From Clostridiales bacterium (GTDB taxonomy: Bacteria; Bacillota; Clostridia; Christensenellales; UBA1242), in contig SVIU01000001.1 in NCBI GenBank assembly GCA_015069335.1, positions 1,180 to 65,179 on the forward strand: a stretch of 64,000 bases of DNA. The letters are read 5' to 3'. This document shows, in pieces, positions 1-10,204 of this stretch. Position 1 is the stretch's first letter. Each line of letters starts with the position of its first letter. Below the pieces are notes generated by a model, which was not told where the DNA came from, made no database searches, and saw only the letters and a list, made by a program, of their open reading frames with translations. The position numbers and the translations under genes were made by a program.

Positions 1-276
1 AATTACAATAAATCCAACTGGTGTCACACTCATGCCAATGCCACTACCACCAGCCATAGGATAGTGATTTGCAACTCTTTTATTGGACTTATCCGAGTAT
101 TCACCGCCACCAACAACCAAGCCAACACTTGCCTTAGATACGGAAATTATTGTAGTGTTATCATCAACTTTATAAGGCTCACCGTATATTGTGTTTGTTT
201 CCATCATAGTTTTTGCCTTGTCTATTGACATTTTTATAAGGTCTTGCAAACTAGACTCATCACTAAACATTTTCAT
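1..276 (-). CDS. ytfJ: Sporulation protein YtfJ (GerW family), 3' end cut by window edge
   Basis: Not in ORF track because it runs off the edge. Minus-strand translation from the ATG at 274-276 gives MKMFSDESSLQDLIKMSIDKAKTMMETNTIYGEPYKVDDNTTIISVSKASVGLVVGGGEYSDKSNKRVANHYPMAGGSGIGMSVTPVGFIVI, a YtfJ-like Gly-rich core. It neighbours a DUF2953-like gene and scpB, as in other sporeformers. Confidence 0.75.
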   Translation of the reverse strand, partial: MKMFSDESSLQDLIKMSIDKAKTMMETNTIYGEPYKVDDNTTIISVSKASVGLVVGGGEYSDKSNKRVANHYPMAGGSGIGMSVTPVGFIVI

Positions 277-823
277 ATTTATCGCTCCTTTTTATAATTA
301 AAAATGACATTATTATTGCATACAAAATATCTATTAGCGTAATTAAAAAACTCATTTGTACAGATATCACCAAACTCATTCCATTAAAGTTTTGATAATT
401 TGTGATTAAATAATTAATTTTCCCCTTTTTTGTTGTTAAAAAGCCCATAATACCGTTGCAAACAATATTAAACAAGCCGCTTAAAAGTGCGGTGTTCATT
501 GCGTCATTAAGACCCAACCGCGAGTTGAATGCAATATTGTTTATTGAAATTTTGTTTTGCATTTGCACAGTAAATTGCTTTAAAAATCTTATTTGCTTTT
601 TTGAAACTTTAAACTCAACTTGTTTTTTCTTTTTTTCTGTAAATAAAACTAGCTCGTTTTTTGTCAATCTAAACTTGTAACAAAGTATTTTTATAAAAAA
701 CACATAGATTGTTATAACCCCAAGATTATTTAAAGCGTCATAACAAAAATAACCTTTTGTAAATATTGGTACTGCAAGCAAAAGCAAAAAAAACACAATA
801 ATTATTAATGCCACATTTTGCAT
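263..823 (-). CDS. DUF2953-like sporulation-associated membrane protein (YtfI-like)
   Basis: 186-aa ORF with hydrophobic N- and C-terminal segments. It lies immediately upstream of ytfJ and overlaps it by 14 nt, the usual ytfI-ytfJ arrangement. Confidence 0.5.
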   Translation of the reverse strand: MQNVALIIIVFFLLLLAVPIFTKGYFCYDALNNLGVITIYVFFIKILCYKFRLTKNELVLFTEKKKKQVEFKVSKKQIRFLKQFTVQMQNKISINNIAFNSRLGLNDAMNTALLSGLFNIVCNGIMGFLTTKKGKINYLITNYQNFNGMSLVISVQMSFLITLIDILYAIIMSFLIIKRSDKYENV

Positions 824-868
824 AATATTATTGTGTTTTAAATTTAGATTAATATACTTTTAAAATAT

Positions 869-1549
869 TTATTCTTGCTCTGCAAGATTAACTTCTGGCA
901 ATGAATCGCCTTCAATGGTTTGAATATCTTCATCCTTTAAAAAGTCAGGTATGATTTCTTCTTGAGATATTTCGTGATCACGATAAAGCGAATCAGTTGT
1001 TTGTTGAACTTCGGTTTCCATACGAATAAGTTTGATTCTTTCTAGTAAATCTTCATATGATGGCAAGTCAGAAATATTGGTTAAATTAAACCTTTTCAAA
1101 AACTCATCAGTTGTGCCGTATAAAAATGGTTTGCCTACAGCGTCTTTTCTGCCCACAACTTCAATTAATTTGTTGTCAAGTAGCATTTGAACAGCATAAT
1201 CGGCTGATTTGGTGTTTCTTATTTCTTCAATCTCTAGTTTTGTGATTGGTTGCTTGTAGGCAATGATGGCAATGGTTTCTAGGGTTGCTTTTGTAAGTGC
1301 CTTTTCACGTATTGGATTTAAAATGTCAGACACTTCGCTTACATAATCTTGATTGGTGCAAAGTTGAATTTTGTCTTTATATTCAATAAGAAGTATTCCG
1401 CTTTCTCCAGACAACTCTTGCTTGATTTGCTCTATGGCTTTATTAAACTCATTTTCTGACAATTCAAGTTTTTCTCTTATTGCCTTTTTTTCTACACCCT
1501 CACCAGCAACAAAAAGTGTTGCTTTTATTATTTCTTTAATATTACTCAT
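869..1549 (-). CDS. scpB: Segregation and condensation protein B
   Basis: 226 aa, N-terminal ScpB pattern (ATLFVAGEGV ... IIAYKQPITKLEIEEIRN). It directly follows scpA with an 8-nt overlap. Confidence 0.9.
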   Translation of the reverse strand: MSNIKEIIKATLFVAGEGVEKKAIREKLELSENEFNKAIEQIKQELSGESGILLIEYKDKIQLCTNQDYVSEVSDILNPIREKALTKATLETIAIIAYKQPITKLEIEEIRNTKSADYAVQMLLDNKLIEVVGRKDAVGKPFLYGTTDEFLKRFNLTNISDLPSYEDLLERIKLIRMETEVQQTTDSLYRDHEISQEEIIPDFLKDEDIQTIEGDSLPEVNLAEQE

Positions 1550-2303
1550 TTATTGCTTTTTCCTCGTTTTCATAAATATCAATTTCGCCAAACAATTCGC
1601 TTTGTCTTGCTTTGACAAATTGTAATTTTAAAAGTTCTAACAATGCCAAAAAAATGTTTAACATTTCGCTCTTTGTGTTATCAACTTCAAAAAGTTCGGT
1701 AAATTTAATATGCTTCTTTTTGCTTATTACGCTTTTTATGCTGACAATTTTTTCTGCAACAGTAAATCTATCTTTTACAATCTTTTTAGGCTCTTTGTCT
1801 TCTTGTTTGCGTTCTACTCTGCAAAGCAAGTTTGCAAATGCGTCAAGAAGATTTTCTAAAACCATATCTTTCAAAACAATTTTAACATTGCCTGCCATTT
1901 TGTCTGGCTCACGATATAGTTTGTTGATGTCCTCAATTGTTTGCAATTCTCGACTTGCATCTTGAAAAAGTTGATACTCTTTGATTTTTGCTTTTAAATA
2001 TGTTTCTGGATCAATCTCGTCGCCCAAATCGTCTGGTACTTCGGCTGGAAGTATTGCCTTTGACTTGATTTCAATAAGCATTGAGGCAACTTGGATAAAC
2101 TCGCTAGCACTTTCAAGGTCTAAATCTTCTACACCTTTTATGTAATCTAAGTATTGCTCGGTTATATCAGCCAAATGAATTTCGTCAATGTCCATTTTTG
2201 CTTCTTTTATAAGGTGTAACAAAAGTGCAATGGGGCCTTCGAAATTCTCTAACTTAATGCTATAACTATCAGCATACATTTCCTCTAATTGTTCTTGTTT
2301 CAT
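1542..2303 (-). CDS. scpA: Segregation and condensation protein A (kleisin)
   Basis: ScpA-like N-terminus (KLENFEGPIALLLHLI). The likely start is the ATG at 2301-2303, overlapping the upstream TAA (TAATG). The ORF-track start at 2321 is a TTG. Confidence 0.9.
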   Translation of the reverse strand: MKQEQLEEMYADSYSIKLENFEGPIALLLHLIKEAKMDIDEIHLADITEQYLDYIKGVEDLDLESASEFIQVASMLIEIKSKAILPAEVPDDLGDEIDPETYLKAKIKEYQLFQDASRELQTIEDINKLYREPDKMAGNVKIVLKDMVLENLLDAFANLLCRVERKQEDKEPKKIVKDRFTVAEKIVSIKSVISKKKHIKFTELFEVDNTKSEMLNIFLALLELLKLQFVKARQSELFGEIDIYENEEKAINE

Positions 2304-2998
2304 TATGCAAATAACCCCCAAAAACTAAAAAATGTATTTGTTAAAAAACCTGTAACCAAATTATAGAACATATCAAACAACGGAGTGATAAGTAAAATAA
2401 GCAAAATAATATTTCCATAACGATACATAAAGTTTACAAACTTGTTGTTTGGTTTTAGCATTGATTTTATAGTGTTAAACCCGTCAAGCGGATAAATTGG
2501 AAGCAAATTAAACACAAACAAAGCTATGTTTAATATTATTGAATATTGTAAAAAGTAATGAATCATATATAACAAACTATTTGAATAAGTAAAGCCGTTT
2601 GCATCAAATTTTGCAACATTAGTAAAGTAGAAGAAGTAAATTCCGCTAATTATAAATGCTAAAATCAAGTTTGTTATTACACCCGAAAGACTGACAAGAA
2701 CCATATCGCGTTTATATCTTTTGAAGCGCATTGGGTTGATTGGCACCGGTTTTGCCCAACCAAAACCAAAAATCAAAAAACCAAGCATTCCAAATTTGTC
2801 TAAATGCTTAAAAGGGTTTAATGTTAATCTGCCTAATGCTTTTGGTGTTGGATCGCCAAGTTTATTTGCAACAAAGGCGTGAGAATACTCGTGTAAGCCA
2901 AATGCCAACACTACCGCAAAAATATATCCAAGGACAAATGCAAGAATATTTGCAAATGAATGCCCTTGCGCTGATAAATTGCCTATAATAAAAAACAT
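2303..2998 (-). CDS. Site-2 protease family (peptidase M50) membrane metalloprotease
   Basis: HEYSHAF (HExxH) in a TM segment and NLLPIYPLDG second motif. Polytopic membrane profile. Confidence 0.8.
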   Translation of the reverse strand: MFFIIGNLSAQGHSFANILAFVLGYIFAVVLAFGLHEYSHAFVANKLGDPTPKALGRLTLNPFKHLDKFGMLGFLIFGFGWAKPVPINPMRFKRYKRDMVLVSLSGVITNLILAFIISGIYFFYFTNVAKFDANGFTYSNSLLYMIHYFLQYSIILNIALFVFNLLPIYPLDGFNTIKSMLKPNNKFVNFMYRYGNIILLILLITPLFDMFYNLVTGFLTNTFFSFWGLFA

Positions 2999-3071
2999 AA
3001 TGCTTTTATTATAACAAACAAAAACAACTTTGGCAACTATAAAGGAATATTAATTTGACATAAATTGTTGT

Positions 3072-3105
3072 TAAAAATGGTTGTGCATTTTAACTGCACA
3101 ACCAT
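3072..3105 (-). terminator. Intrinsic terminator downstream of the D-Ala-D-Ala carboxypeptidase gene
   Basis: 11-bp stem ATGGTTGTGCA/TGCACAACCAT (3077-3087 with 3095-3105), followed on the minus strand by a T-run (plus A-run 3073-3077). Confidence 0.7.
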
Positions 3106-3113
3106 TGAACATT

Positions 3114-4271
3114 TTACCAATTTTCTAAAATTGATTTAAAGTTGTCTTTAAATGACATACCCTCAACATCAGTTTTGACTGTTAGTGGAACAGTTTTAAT
3201 AACCTTTCCGTCTTTTGAAACAATTGCACTACCAATCTCTTGGCCACATTTTGTTGGTTTAATTTTTTCTGGCAATTCATATGTAACAACATAATTTGAT
3301 GCGTTACCCTTTTTGTCAAAGGCAAAAAAGTCTTCAATAGGAATAATTTGTGCAATTTGCTGCTTACATTTTGATGTGGCAACCTCTCCAACAATAACCT
3401 CTTTTGACAAAAGTTGTTTGTTTTGATAATTAGCAAAGCCATAATTTAACAAGTTGGTTGATTCTTTAAATCTATCATTTCCCGTTTTGGCACCTATTAC
3501 AACAGAAATAAGGCGCATATTATTCCTTTTTGCTGAGGCAGTCAAACAATAACCAGCTTCTGAAGTAGAGCCAGTTTTTCCACTGTCGCACCCCTCTAAA
3601 TAACGAACAAGTTTGTTTGTGTTTACAAGTTCGGTTTTTCTTCCGGATGGGTGCGTTAAATTATCCATCCAAACTGTGCTATATTTATGATATGTTTCAT
3701 AATTCAAAATTTGTTTTAATAAAATAGCACAATCTTCTGCGCAAGAATATTGTTCTGGTGCTGGAAGCCCCGTACAATTGCAATAAAGAGTGTTGTTCAT
3801 ACCTAATTGCTTGGCGGTATTATTCATTAAATCAACAAATGCCGCTTCACTGCCAGAAATTCCTTCAGCTAATACAACGCTGGCGTCATTAGCTGATGCC
3901 ATAATAACACTTTTTAGCAAATCTTCAACTGAGTATTCAACATATGGATCAATAAAAACTTGTGATCCTCCCATTCCGGAAGCATTTTCTGATGAGGTCA
4001 ACTTTTGATCAAGTTGTATAACACCTTCATCAATATTTTTGAAGGTAAGATATATTGTCATTAGTTTAACCATGCTAGCAACTGGCAATTTTTTTGATTT
4101 TTCTTTCTCATAAATGATTGTGCCAGAGTCGTAGTCCAATAGTATTGCTGACTTGGCTGTTAAATCAAATTCCTCGGCGTATGCCAAATTATTATTTTGA
4201 ATAATACCACTACATATAGCGACTAACAGCATAATAAAGGCACAAAATATGCAATTTAAACACTTTTTCAT
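3114..4271 (-). CDS. D-alanyl-D-alanine carboxypeptidase (peptidase S11, DacB/DacF-like)
   Basis: Signal peptide. SxxK (ASMVKLMT), SxN (SANDAS) and KTG (GKTGST) motifs in the canonical order. Confidence 0.85.
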   Translation of the reverse strand: MKKCLNCIFCAFIMLLVAICSGIIQNNNLAYAEEFDLTAKSAILLDYDSGTIIYEKEKSKKLPVASMVKLMTIYLTFKNIDEGVIQLDQKLTSSENASGMGGSQVFIDPYVEYSVEDLLKSVIMASANDASVVLAEGISGSEAAFVDLMNNTAKQLGMNNTLYCNCTGLPAPEQYSCAEDCAILLKQILNYETYHKYSTVWMDNLTHPSGRKTELVNTNKLVRYLEGCDSGKTGSTSEAGYCLTASAKRNNMRLISVVIGAKTGNDRFKESTNLLNYGFANYQNKQLLSKEVIVGEVATSKCKQQIAQIIPIEDFFAFDKKGNASNYVVTYELPEKIKPTKCGQEIGSAIVSKDGKVIKTVPLTVKTDVEGMSFKDNFKSILENW

Positions 4272-4334
4272 AAAAACTCCTTAATTTAAGGTTAGTTTTT
4301 ACATTTTTGCATATTTTATGCCTAATTATATTTA

Positions 4335-5117
4335 TTAAATTAAATTTACAAGAATCTTTTTAACCTTGTCACATGCTTTTTGTGCATTGTCAAGCACCTC
4401 TTGGTGATTGAGGTTTGCCTGCTCACCAGTAAACACATTTACTATTACCGAAAAACCCACAACCTTCATTCCATAATAATTTGCAACAATACAGTCATGG
4501 GCAGTGCTCATACTTACTGAGTCTGCACCAAGTTTTCTAAGCATTTCTACCTCGGCATTTGTTTCGTAAGTTGGTCCACTCATTTGACAGAATACCCCCT
4601 CTCTTAAATCCAACTCTTCCTGTCTAGCAATTGTCTTTACTTCATTTCTTAATTCCAAATCATAGCAGTTTGACATATTTATAAATGCCAAATTTTCAAT
4701 GCCCACCAAAGGGTTTATTCCTGACATATTGATTTGATCCTCAATAAGCATAACGTCACCAACTTTAAAGCTTTTGTTAAGTCCACCACAAGATGTCATT
4801 AGAATCATTTGTTTAACACCTAGCTTTGCTACAATGTCAAATGGCAATCTCACTTTTGCAATGTCTCCCGATTCATAAAAATGCATTCTTGAAATTATGA
4901 CAACCCTTTTTCCATTTAATTCACCAAATACAAAGTTACCGCTATGCCCTTGCACTTTTGATTTTGGCAAGCCCAGCTCTTGGTAACTAATTTTTATTAC
5001 ATTATCAAGTTCTGGTATGGCTGAACTTAATCCAGAGCCTGAAACAACACCAATGTCGGCATGTTCTATACCATATTTTTTGTTTAATTTTTTTAATATT
5101 TTATCCACTAAATTCAT
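4335..5117 (-). CDS. punA: Purine nucleoside phosphorylase (PNP family, PunA-type)
   Basis: 260 aa. GVVSGSGL phosphate loop, VQGHSGNFVFGELNGKRVV, SRMHFYES and MSTAHD patterns typical of trimeric PNPs. Confidence 0.8.
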   Translation of the reverse strand: MNLVDKILKKLNKKYGIEHADIGVVSGSGLSSAIPELDNVIKISYQELGLPKSKVQGHSGNFVFGELNGKRVVIISRMHFYESGDIAKVRLPFDIVAKLGVKQMILMTSCGGLNKSFKVGDVMLIEDQINMSGINPLVGIENLAFINMSNCYDLELRNEVKTIARQEELDLREGVFCQMSGPTYETNAEVEMLRKLGADSVSMSTAHDCIVANYYGMKVVGFSVIVNVFTGEQANLNHQEVLDNAQKACDKVKKILVNLI

Positions 5118-5161
5118 ATTTCCCCCTTGTTTTTTTATTTTAGCAAATTAAGCATTTTTCG

Positions 5162-5779
5162 TCAAACAATTAATAGTGTTGTGGGCTTGAAAATAAACAA
5201 AATCAGAACCTCAATAAGGTTAACAATCAATACTCCAAAAAACGCAGCGAGCACAATTTTTTTATATTCTGTAGGTATATAGCCACACGTTCTCTTCGTT
5301 TTAAATAAGCTTATTGCTAAAATAAAAAACAAAGTCATTAAAATAAGCATTAACAGTTGACACGGCAGTATTATTAATAATGAAATAAATATACCACTCC
5401 AGCCCACTTTTAAAATTATTAGTGCACAGTTAATTCCAAGCAACATCGCCCTATATGCCAAAAGCAAATATCCCAAAAACGCTGTATACTTTGTTGTTGA
5501 AAACAAAAACAATAAACCAAGCACAATCAATGCCGACAAAATTCTAAGTAAAAAATTGGCAAATGTGTAAATGTTGCCATTAAGCACTGCATACATACTA
5601 AATTGCTTTAAATTTAAGTCTTTGTCTAAGTTGTATAGTTTTACGGCGGTAAATATACCCGTAAGTAAGGTAAAAATTATAATAACAAATGCTATAATAA
5701 TTTTTGCTTTATTTTTATTAAAAAACTCAATAAAAGCATAACGCAAATTATTGCCTTTGACAATTTTAGTATAATTCAT
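5162..5779 (-). CDS. spoIIM: Stage II sporulation protein M-like membrane protein
   Basis: 205 aa with about 5 TM segments, size and topology of SpoIIM. Located in a sporulation gene neighbourhood next to spoIVB. Confidence 0.6.
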   Translation of the reverse strand: MNYTKIVKGNNLRYAFIEFFNKNKAKIIIAFVIIIFTLLTGIFTAVKLYNLDKDLNLKQFSMYAVLNGNIYTFANFLLRILSALIVLGLLFLFSTTKYTAFLGYLLLAYRAMLLGINCALIILKVGWSGIFISLLIILPCQLLMLILMTLFFILAISLFKTKRTCGYIPTEYKKIVLAAFFGVLIVNLIEVLILFIFKPTTLLIV

Positions 5780-5818
5780 ATTGTATTATATTAATATTGA
5801 TTTTAATATATAATCTTT

Positions 5819-7021
5819 TTATGCGGTTTGTTCCATCATCCAATCAATATACACGCCATAACCCTTGGTTGCGTCATTTAAAAATACGTGTGTAACTGCG
5901 CCAATAAGCCTGCCATCTTGCAAAATTGGGGATCCGCTCATACCTTGAACAATGCCGCCAGTTAAATTAATTAAATCTTTGTCAATTACTCTAAATACAA
6001 AGCTTTTATCGCTTGACGATGGCTGAAATTTAGATTTTATAATCTCTATATCATAAAACTGTCTTATACCACTAACTGAACTTACAATTTGAGCTTTGCC
6101 TAATTTAACTAGCATTCTATTGCCAATTGGAGCAACAAGGTTTGAATCAACCAAGGCATCATAATTTTCGGTGTTACCATATACACCGCATTTTGTGTTT
6201 TTTATGATTTTTCCATTTGGATTTTTTGTTTGAGAAAATAAACACCTAATTTCGCCAGTTTTGCCTTTTTGTGCCTTGTTAATTCCAACCAAGTTGCACA
6301 AATAAACTCCGCCGTCCTGAACTGGAATTTCTACTCCAGTTTCATAATCACAAATGCTATGCCCCAAAGCACCAAACTTGCCGTCTTTTGTAACAAAAGT
6401 TAATGTTCCAATGCCTTGAGCATCATCTCTCACCCATAAACCAAGTTTACTCTCTCCATTCTCATCATCAAATTGCTTTATTGCAACAATCTCTTGTTCT
6501 AGACCGTTTCTTATTATACCAATATTAACAATATCTGCATTATTATCTTTAAGTGCAATAGCAACATCCTCGGGATTATTAATTGATGCGCCGTTTATTT
6601 TGCTTATAATATCACCCGTTTTAAAAGGTGATTTTTTAGCATTTTTATTAAGTTTGTTTTCGCCTACAACAATCAACCCCTTTGTATTGATTGAAAAACC
6701 AAGAGGAATGCCACCTATATACACCTCTTTTGTTTCCTCAACGACTGCATTCACCTTTTTAATCGGAAAAATCCCAAACAGTTTTATAAGCAAGCTTGTG
6801 TTATGTTTACGCTCTCCACCCACTGTAAATATGTTTTCATTTAACTCTGCATTTACGTAGCCACCAAAAGTCTTTTGCGAGTTTAAAGCTTCTAATTCTG
6901 CGAGTGTTAAATGAACACTTTGAGGTATATCAAAAATAGCAACATAGTTTATATTAACACAGAGCAAAACAAATGCCACTGCAAAAAACGCACCAATAAT
7001 TTTTAGAATAGACTTTTTCAT
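5819..7021 (-). CDS. spoIVB: SpoIVB signalling serine peptidase (S55)
   Basis: N-terminal TM, PDZ-like region (GDIISKINGASI) and S55 catalytic region (GIGTLTF, GALGHSI, GMSGSPI). Follows recN as in Bacillus and Clostridium. Confidence 0.9.
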   Translation of the reverse strand: MKKSILKIIGAFFAVAFVLLCVNINYVAIFDIPQSVHLTLAELEALNSQKTFGGYVNAELNENIFTVGGERKHNTSLLIKLFGIFPIKKVNAVVEETKEVYIGGIPLGFSINTKGLIVVGENKLNKNAKKSPFKTGDIISKINGASINNPEDVAIALKDNNADIVNIGIIRNGLEQEIVAIKQFDDENGESKLGLWVRDDAQGIGTLTFVTKDGKFGALGHSICDYETGVEIPVQDGGVYLCNLVGINKAQKGKTGEIRCLFSQTKNPNGKIIKNTKCGVYGNTENYDALVDSNLVAPIGNRMLVKLGKAQIVSSVSGIRQFYDIEIIKSKFQPSSSDKSFVFRVIDKDLINLTGGIVQGMSGSPILQDGRLIGAVTHVFLNDATKGYGVYIDWMMEQTA

Positions 7022-7097
7022 AATTCACCACTTAAAAATTTGGCTTAAAAAAACCACCTTAAAGGTAGTTTTTGTTGATTTATTAAAAATATACAAT

Positions 7098-8780
7098 TTA
7101 AATGCTAGACTTGTATAAATCGGCCTTTTGCTTAAGTTCGCTTGCAAATTGCATTGCGACTTCAGTTGGCTCAGCTCCTGAAACAACTGCAATGTATTTA
7201 ATAACATTATTGCCAACAAGCTTGGAAACAGTTGTAAAGGTTTTATTATCTATAACATCTTTTTTTACATAAATATAATTATCTGCCATTGCTGTAACTT
7301 GACACAAGTGCGTTATACAAATCAATTGATGGTTTTTTGATAAAAGAGCCAATCTTTCGGCAACCTTTTGACCAATCTCACCACTAATGCCCGTATCAAC
7401 CTCATCAAATACCAATGTTGATGAATTAAAGCACCTTGCAAAAACATTTTTTATAGCAAGCATAAATCTACTCATTTCACCACCAGAAATGGTTTTTGAT
7501 AAGCTTTTATAGCCTTCACCAGCGTTGGCAGAAAGTAAAAATTCTACATCATCAATGCCATTACTTGAGAAATTGCAATCTTCTAGGCTGGGTATTTCTG
7601 CAAAGCCAATTTTAAAACTAGCATTTTTAAAGCCAAGTAATTTTAATTCATCATTGAGTTGTTTTTCTATATCTATAGCTACGCTTCTTCTAATTTCAGA
7701 CAATTGTTTGCATTTTTCATATAAAACGTGTGTAATTTGCTCTTTTTCTTTTTGCAATTTTGCAAGCTTTTCTTCACCAAAAAGCAGGTTATCATATTGC
7801 GTTTTGGTGTTTTCTAAATATGACAATACATCTTGTATTGTTGCACCGTATTTCTTTTTTAAAAGCTTAATTTCCTCTAGCCTTTTATCTAACTTTTCTA
7901 GTGTTTGCTGATCAAAGTCAAAATCGGACATATATTCAGAAATTGTTTGTTGCAAGTCTTCAAGTTCTAGTTTGCTAGAATCCAACCTTGTTGAACATTC
8001 TAAAAGTGCAGAATCATATCTTGATGCGTGCTCAAGATTGCTACAAGCCTCATTAATACGATCATTAATGTTTGACAAGCAAATTTCAGCATTTTTAACA
8101 GCATCAAAGATTTTTTCAAAATTGTTTAATTTTTCTATTTCCGCCTTAAGTTCGTCATCCTCACCAATTTTTAGGTTGGCGTTTTGAATGTCGTTTATTT
8201 GATATTCTAAAAGTTCAAGTTCTCTTGCCCTATTTTCATTATTGCCGCCAAGCACTTTAGATTGAGATATAATGCCATTTAAATTGGTCAATAATTCAGA
8301 TATTTCTTTTTTTACATCAAACAGATTTTTTTCAGCATATGAATCTAAAATGCCTAAGTGGTTTTTGGCATTTAAAAGTGAAATGTTTTCATTTTGAGCA
8401 TAAGTGTCTAAAATGAAATTTGCACATTGTTTTACAATTCCCACTGGCACAATCACTCCATTAATGCGACACTCACTGCGGCCGTCAATATTCATTGTTC
8501 TAGAAAAAATAATATTGTCGTCGCTTTCTATATCGTTCTCTTCAAGAAAGGCAGATAGTTGCGAATTGTCATTATCAAAAACGGCTTGAACAAGGAGTTT
8601 CTCTTCGCCATGTCTTAAATTGAGTTTGTTTGCTTTGTCTCCAAGGGCAAAACCGAGCGCATCTAAAATAAGGCTTTTACCAGCACCTGTTTCACCAACA
8701 AGCACGTTAAAGCCTTTTTCAAAATTTATTGTTTGATCTGCTATTAAAGCAAAGTTTTTTATTTTTAAAGTATGTAACAT
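7098..8780 (-). CDS. recN: DNA repair protein RecN
   Basis: Walker A GETGAGKS, long coiled coil, signature ISGGEMSR, Walker B LVFDEVDTGISG. Confidence 0.95.
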   Translation of the reverse strand: MLHTLKIKNFALIADQTINFEKGFNVLVGETGAGKSLILDALGFALGDKANKLNLRHGEEKLLVQAVFDNDNSQLSAFLEENDIESDDNIIFSRTMNIDGRSECRINGVIVPVGIVKQCANFILDTYAQNENISLLNAKNHLGILDSYAEKNLFDVKKEISELLTNLNGIISQSKVLGGNNENRARELELLEYQINDIQNANLKIGEDDELKAEIEKLNNFEKIFDAVKNAEICLSNINDRINEACSNLEHASRYDSALLECSTRLDSSKLELEDLQQTISEYMSDFDFDQQTLEKLDKRLEEIKLLKKKYGATIQDVLSYLENTKTQYDNLLFGEEKLAKLQKEKEQITHVLYEKCKQLSEIRRSVAIDIEKQLNDELKLLGFKNASFKIGFAEIPSLEDCNFSSNGIDDVEFLLSANAGEGYKSLSKTISGGEMSRFMLAIKNVFARCFNSSTLVFDEVDTGISGEIGQKVAERLALLSKNHQLICITHLCQVTAMADNYIYVKKDVIDNKTFTTVSKLVGNNVIKYIAVVSGAEPTEVAMQFASELKQKADLYKSSI

Positions 8781-8783
8781 AGT

Positions 8784-9236
8784 TTATCCTAAAATTTCTA
8801 ATATAGCACCCATGGCCGTTTCTGCTTTTTTGTTGTCTGGAAAATAAATCATAACCGAATCATCTCCACAACAAGCCCCCATAACTTCAACAAGGTTGAG
8901 TTTATCAACCAAAGAGCAAACTCCCATTGCAAACTGCTTTATTGTTTTTATAACACATACATTTGAAATTGTCTTAACTGAAATGACACACATTTTAAAC
9001 AAATTTATGTTTTTGTTGCTTACACCTTGGTCGCCAGAATCAACAAGAGCATATTTGTATCGACCCTCTGAGCCAAGCACTTTTATAAGCCCCAACTCTT
9101 TAATATCGCGAGAGATTGTTGCTTGTGTAATGTCAAACTTTGCCGCTTTTAATTCGGCAACTAAGTCTTCTTGAGTTTCAATTTCTTTAAGTGATATGAT
9201 TTCTAAAATTTTTGATTGCCTTAGTGAACGAGCCAA
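8784..9236 (-). CDS. argR: Arginine repressor
   Basis: wHTH TQATISRDIKELGLIKV and C-terminal oligomerisation/arginine-binding region (GACCGDDSVMI). TTG start 5 nt after an AGGAGG SD. Conserved argR-recN pair. Confidence 0.9.
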   Translation of the reverse strand: MARSLRQSKILEIISLKEIETQEDLVAELKAAKFDITQATISRDIKELGLIKVLGSEGRYKYALVDSGDQGVSNKNINLFKMCVISVKTISNVCVIKTIKQFAMGVCSLVDKLNLVEVMGACCGDDSVMIYFPDNKKAETAMGAILEILG

Positions 9237-9456
9237 AACTTCCTCCTTTATACACGCCGCAATGCCTTTATTTTAAAGGTTTTGCGAGTGCTATGCATAA
9301 ATATAAATTTATTAATATTCACACATTTTTGAATATTATACAATACAATTTATAATTATGCAACTATTTTTTGCATAAATATTCAACTATTTTTTATATA
9401 AATTTATAAATTTGAATAGTTATAAAATCAAAAAGTATATCTATACATACAATATA

Positions 9457-9487
9457 CAAAAAAAATTACAGCCGTTTGAACTGTAAT
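9457..9487 (-). terminator. Intrinsic terminator after the OapA-like gene
   Basis: Stem ATTACAG/CTGTAAT (9465-9471 with 9481-9487), followed on the minus strand by an 8-nt T-run. Confidence 0.65.
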
Positions 9488-9502
9488 TTTTTAAATTTGA
9501 TG

Positions 9503-10144
9503 CTATTTTTCTTCTTCACCACTACCCTGCTTGCCAGTTGTTTTGTGGTCTGTTTCTTTTTTTGCAACTTCTTTTTTTTGCTTTCTTGTAAAGATGCTTA
9601 AAATTTTTCCAACTCTAAGAATAATGTTTGTGCAATTGTCGATTGCTCTCCTCTTGCCAAGCGCTTTACCAAAAATTGTTACACCGGCGATAAATGCTGC
9701 AACCAATGATGAGATTAAAATTTTTAAACTTGCATTAGGCAAACCTTCTACAAGTTTTAAGGCAATGCTTGCACCTGCAGCACCACTCAGAATTCCACAT
9801 ACGTCACCTACAACGTCAGCACATAACGATGCAACCTTGTCAGCATTTTTTATTAACTGCAAGCCCTCTTTTGCTCCCCTAACCTTTTTTGATGCCATTG
9901 CAACAAACGGCTCTTTTGAGCAAGAGGTTACTGCCACACCAATCATATCGGTAATTATTGCTATCAAGACAAAAATGACAATGACAATAATTGCTATAAC
10001 AATGTGTGCTACCCCCAGCACCAGTTCTGACAGTATGCTAAAGCAAAGCGATAGCGCCATTGCAATAACAAACACTTTTAAGGGCCAATAATTTTTTATG
10101 TTTTGTTTTTTTACTTTATTATTTTTCCGACTCGGGTTTTCCAT
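9503..10144 (-). CDS. Small four-TM membrane protein, OapA-like (OLE-associated protein A candidate)
   Basis: 213 aa with four predicted TM helices and a charged tail. AAGGA SD 5 nt before the ATG. Sits immediately downstream of the long structured RNA, the invariant position of oapA relative to OLE. Confidence 0.55.
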   Translation of the reverse strand: MENPSRKNNKVKKQNIKNYWPLKVFVIAMALSLCFSILSELVLGVAHIVIAIIVIVIFVLIAIITDMIGVAVTSCSKEPFVAMASKKVRGAKEGLQLIKNADKVASLCADVVGDVCGILSGAAGASIALKLVEGLPNASLKILISSLVAAFIAGVTIFGKALGKRRAIDNCTNIILRVGKILSIFTRKQKKEVAKKETDHKTTGKQGSGEEEK

Positions 10145-10167
10145 AATAATCCTTTTTGTAATATATG

Positions 10168-10204
10168 AATAAAATCTTCTTTTAATGCAATAATTAAAAG
10201 AAGA
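10168..10204 (-). terminator. Terminal hairpin / terminator at the 3' end of the long ncRNA
   Basis: Perfect 11-bp stem TCTTCTTTTAA/TTAAAAGAAGA (10175-10185 with 10194-10204), followed on the minus strand by TTTT. Confidence 0.5.
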
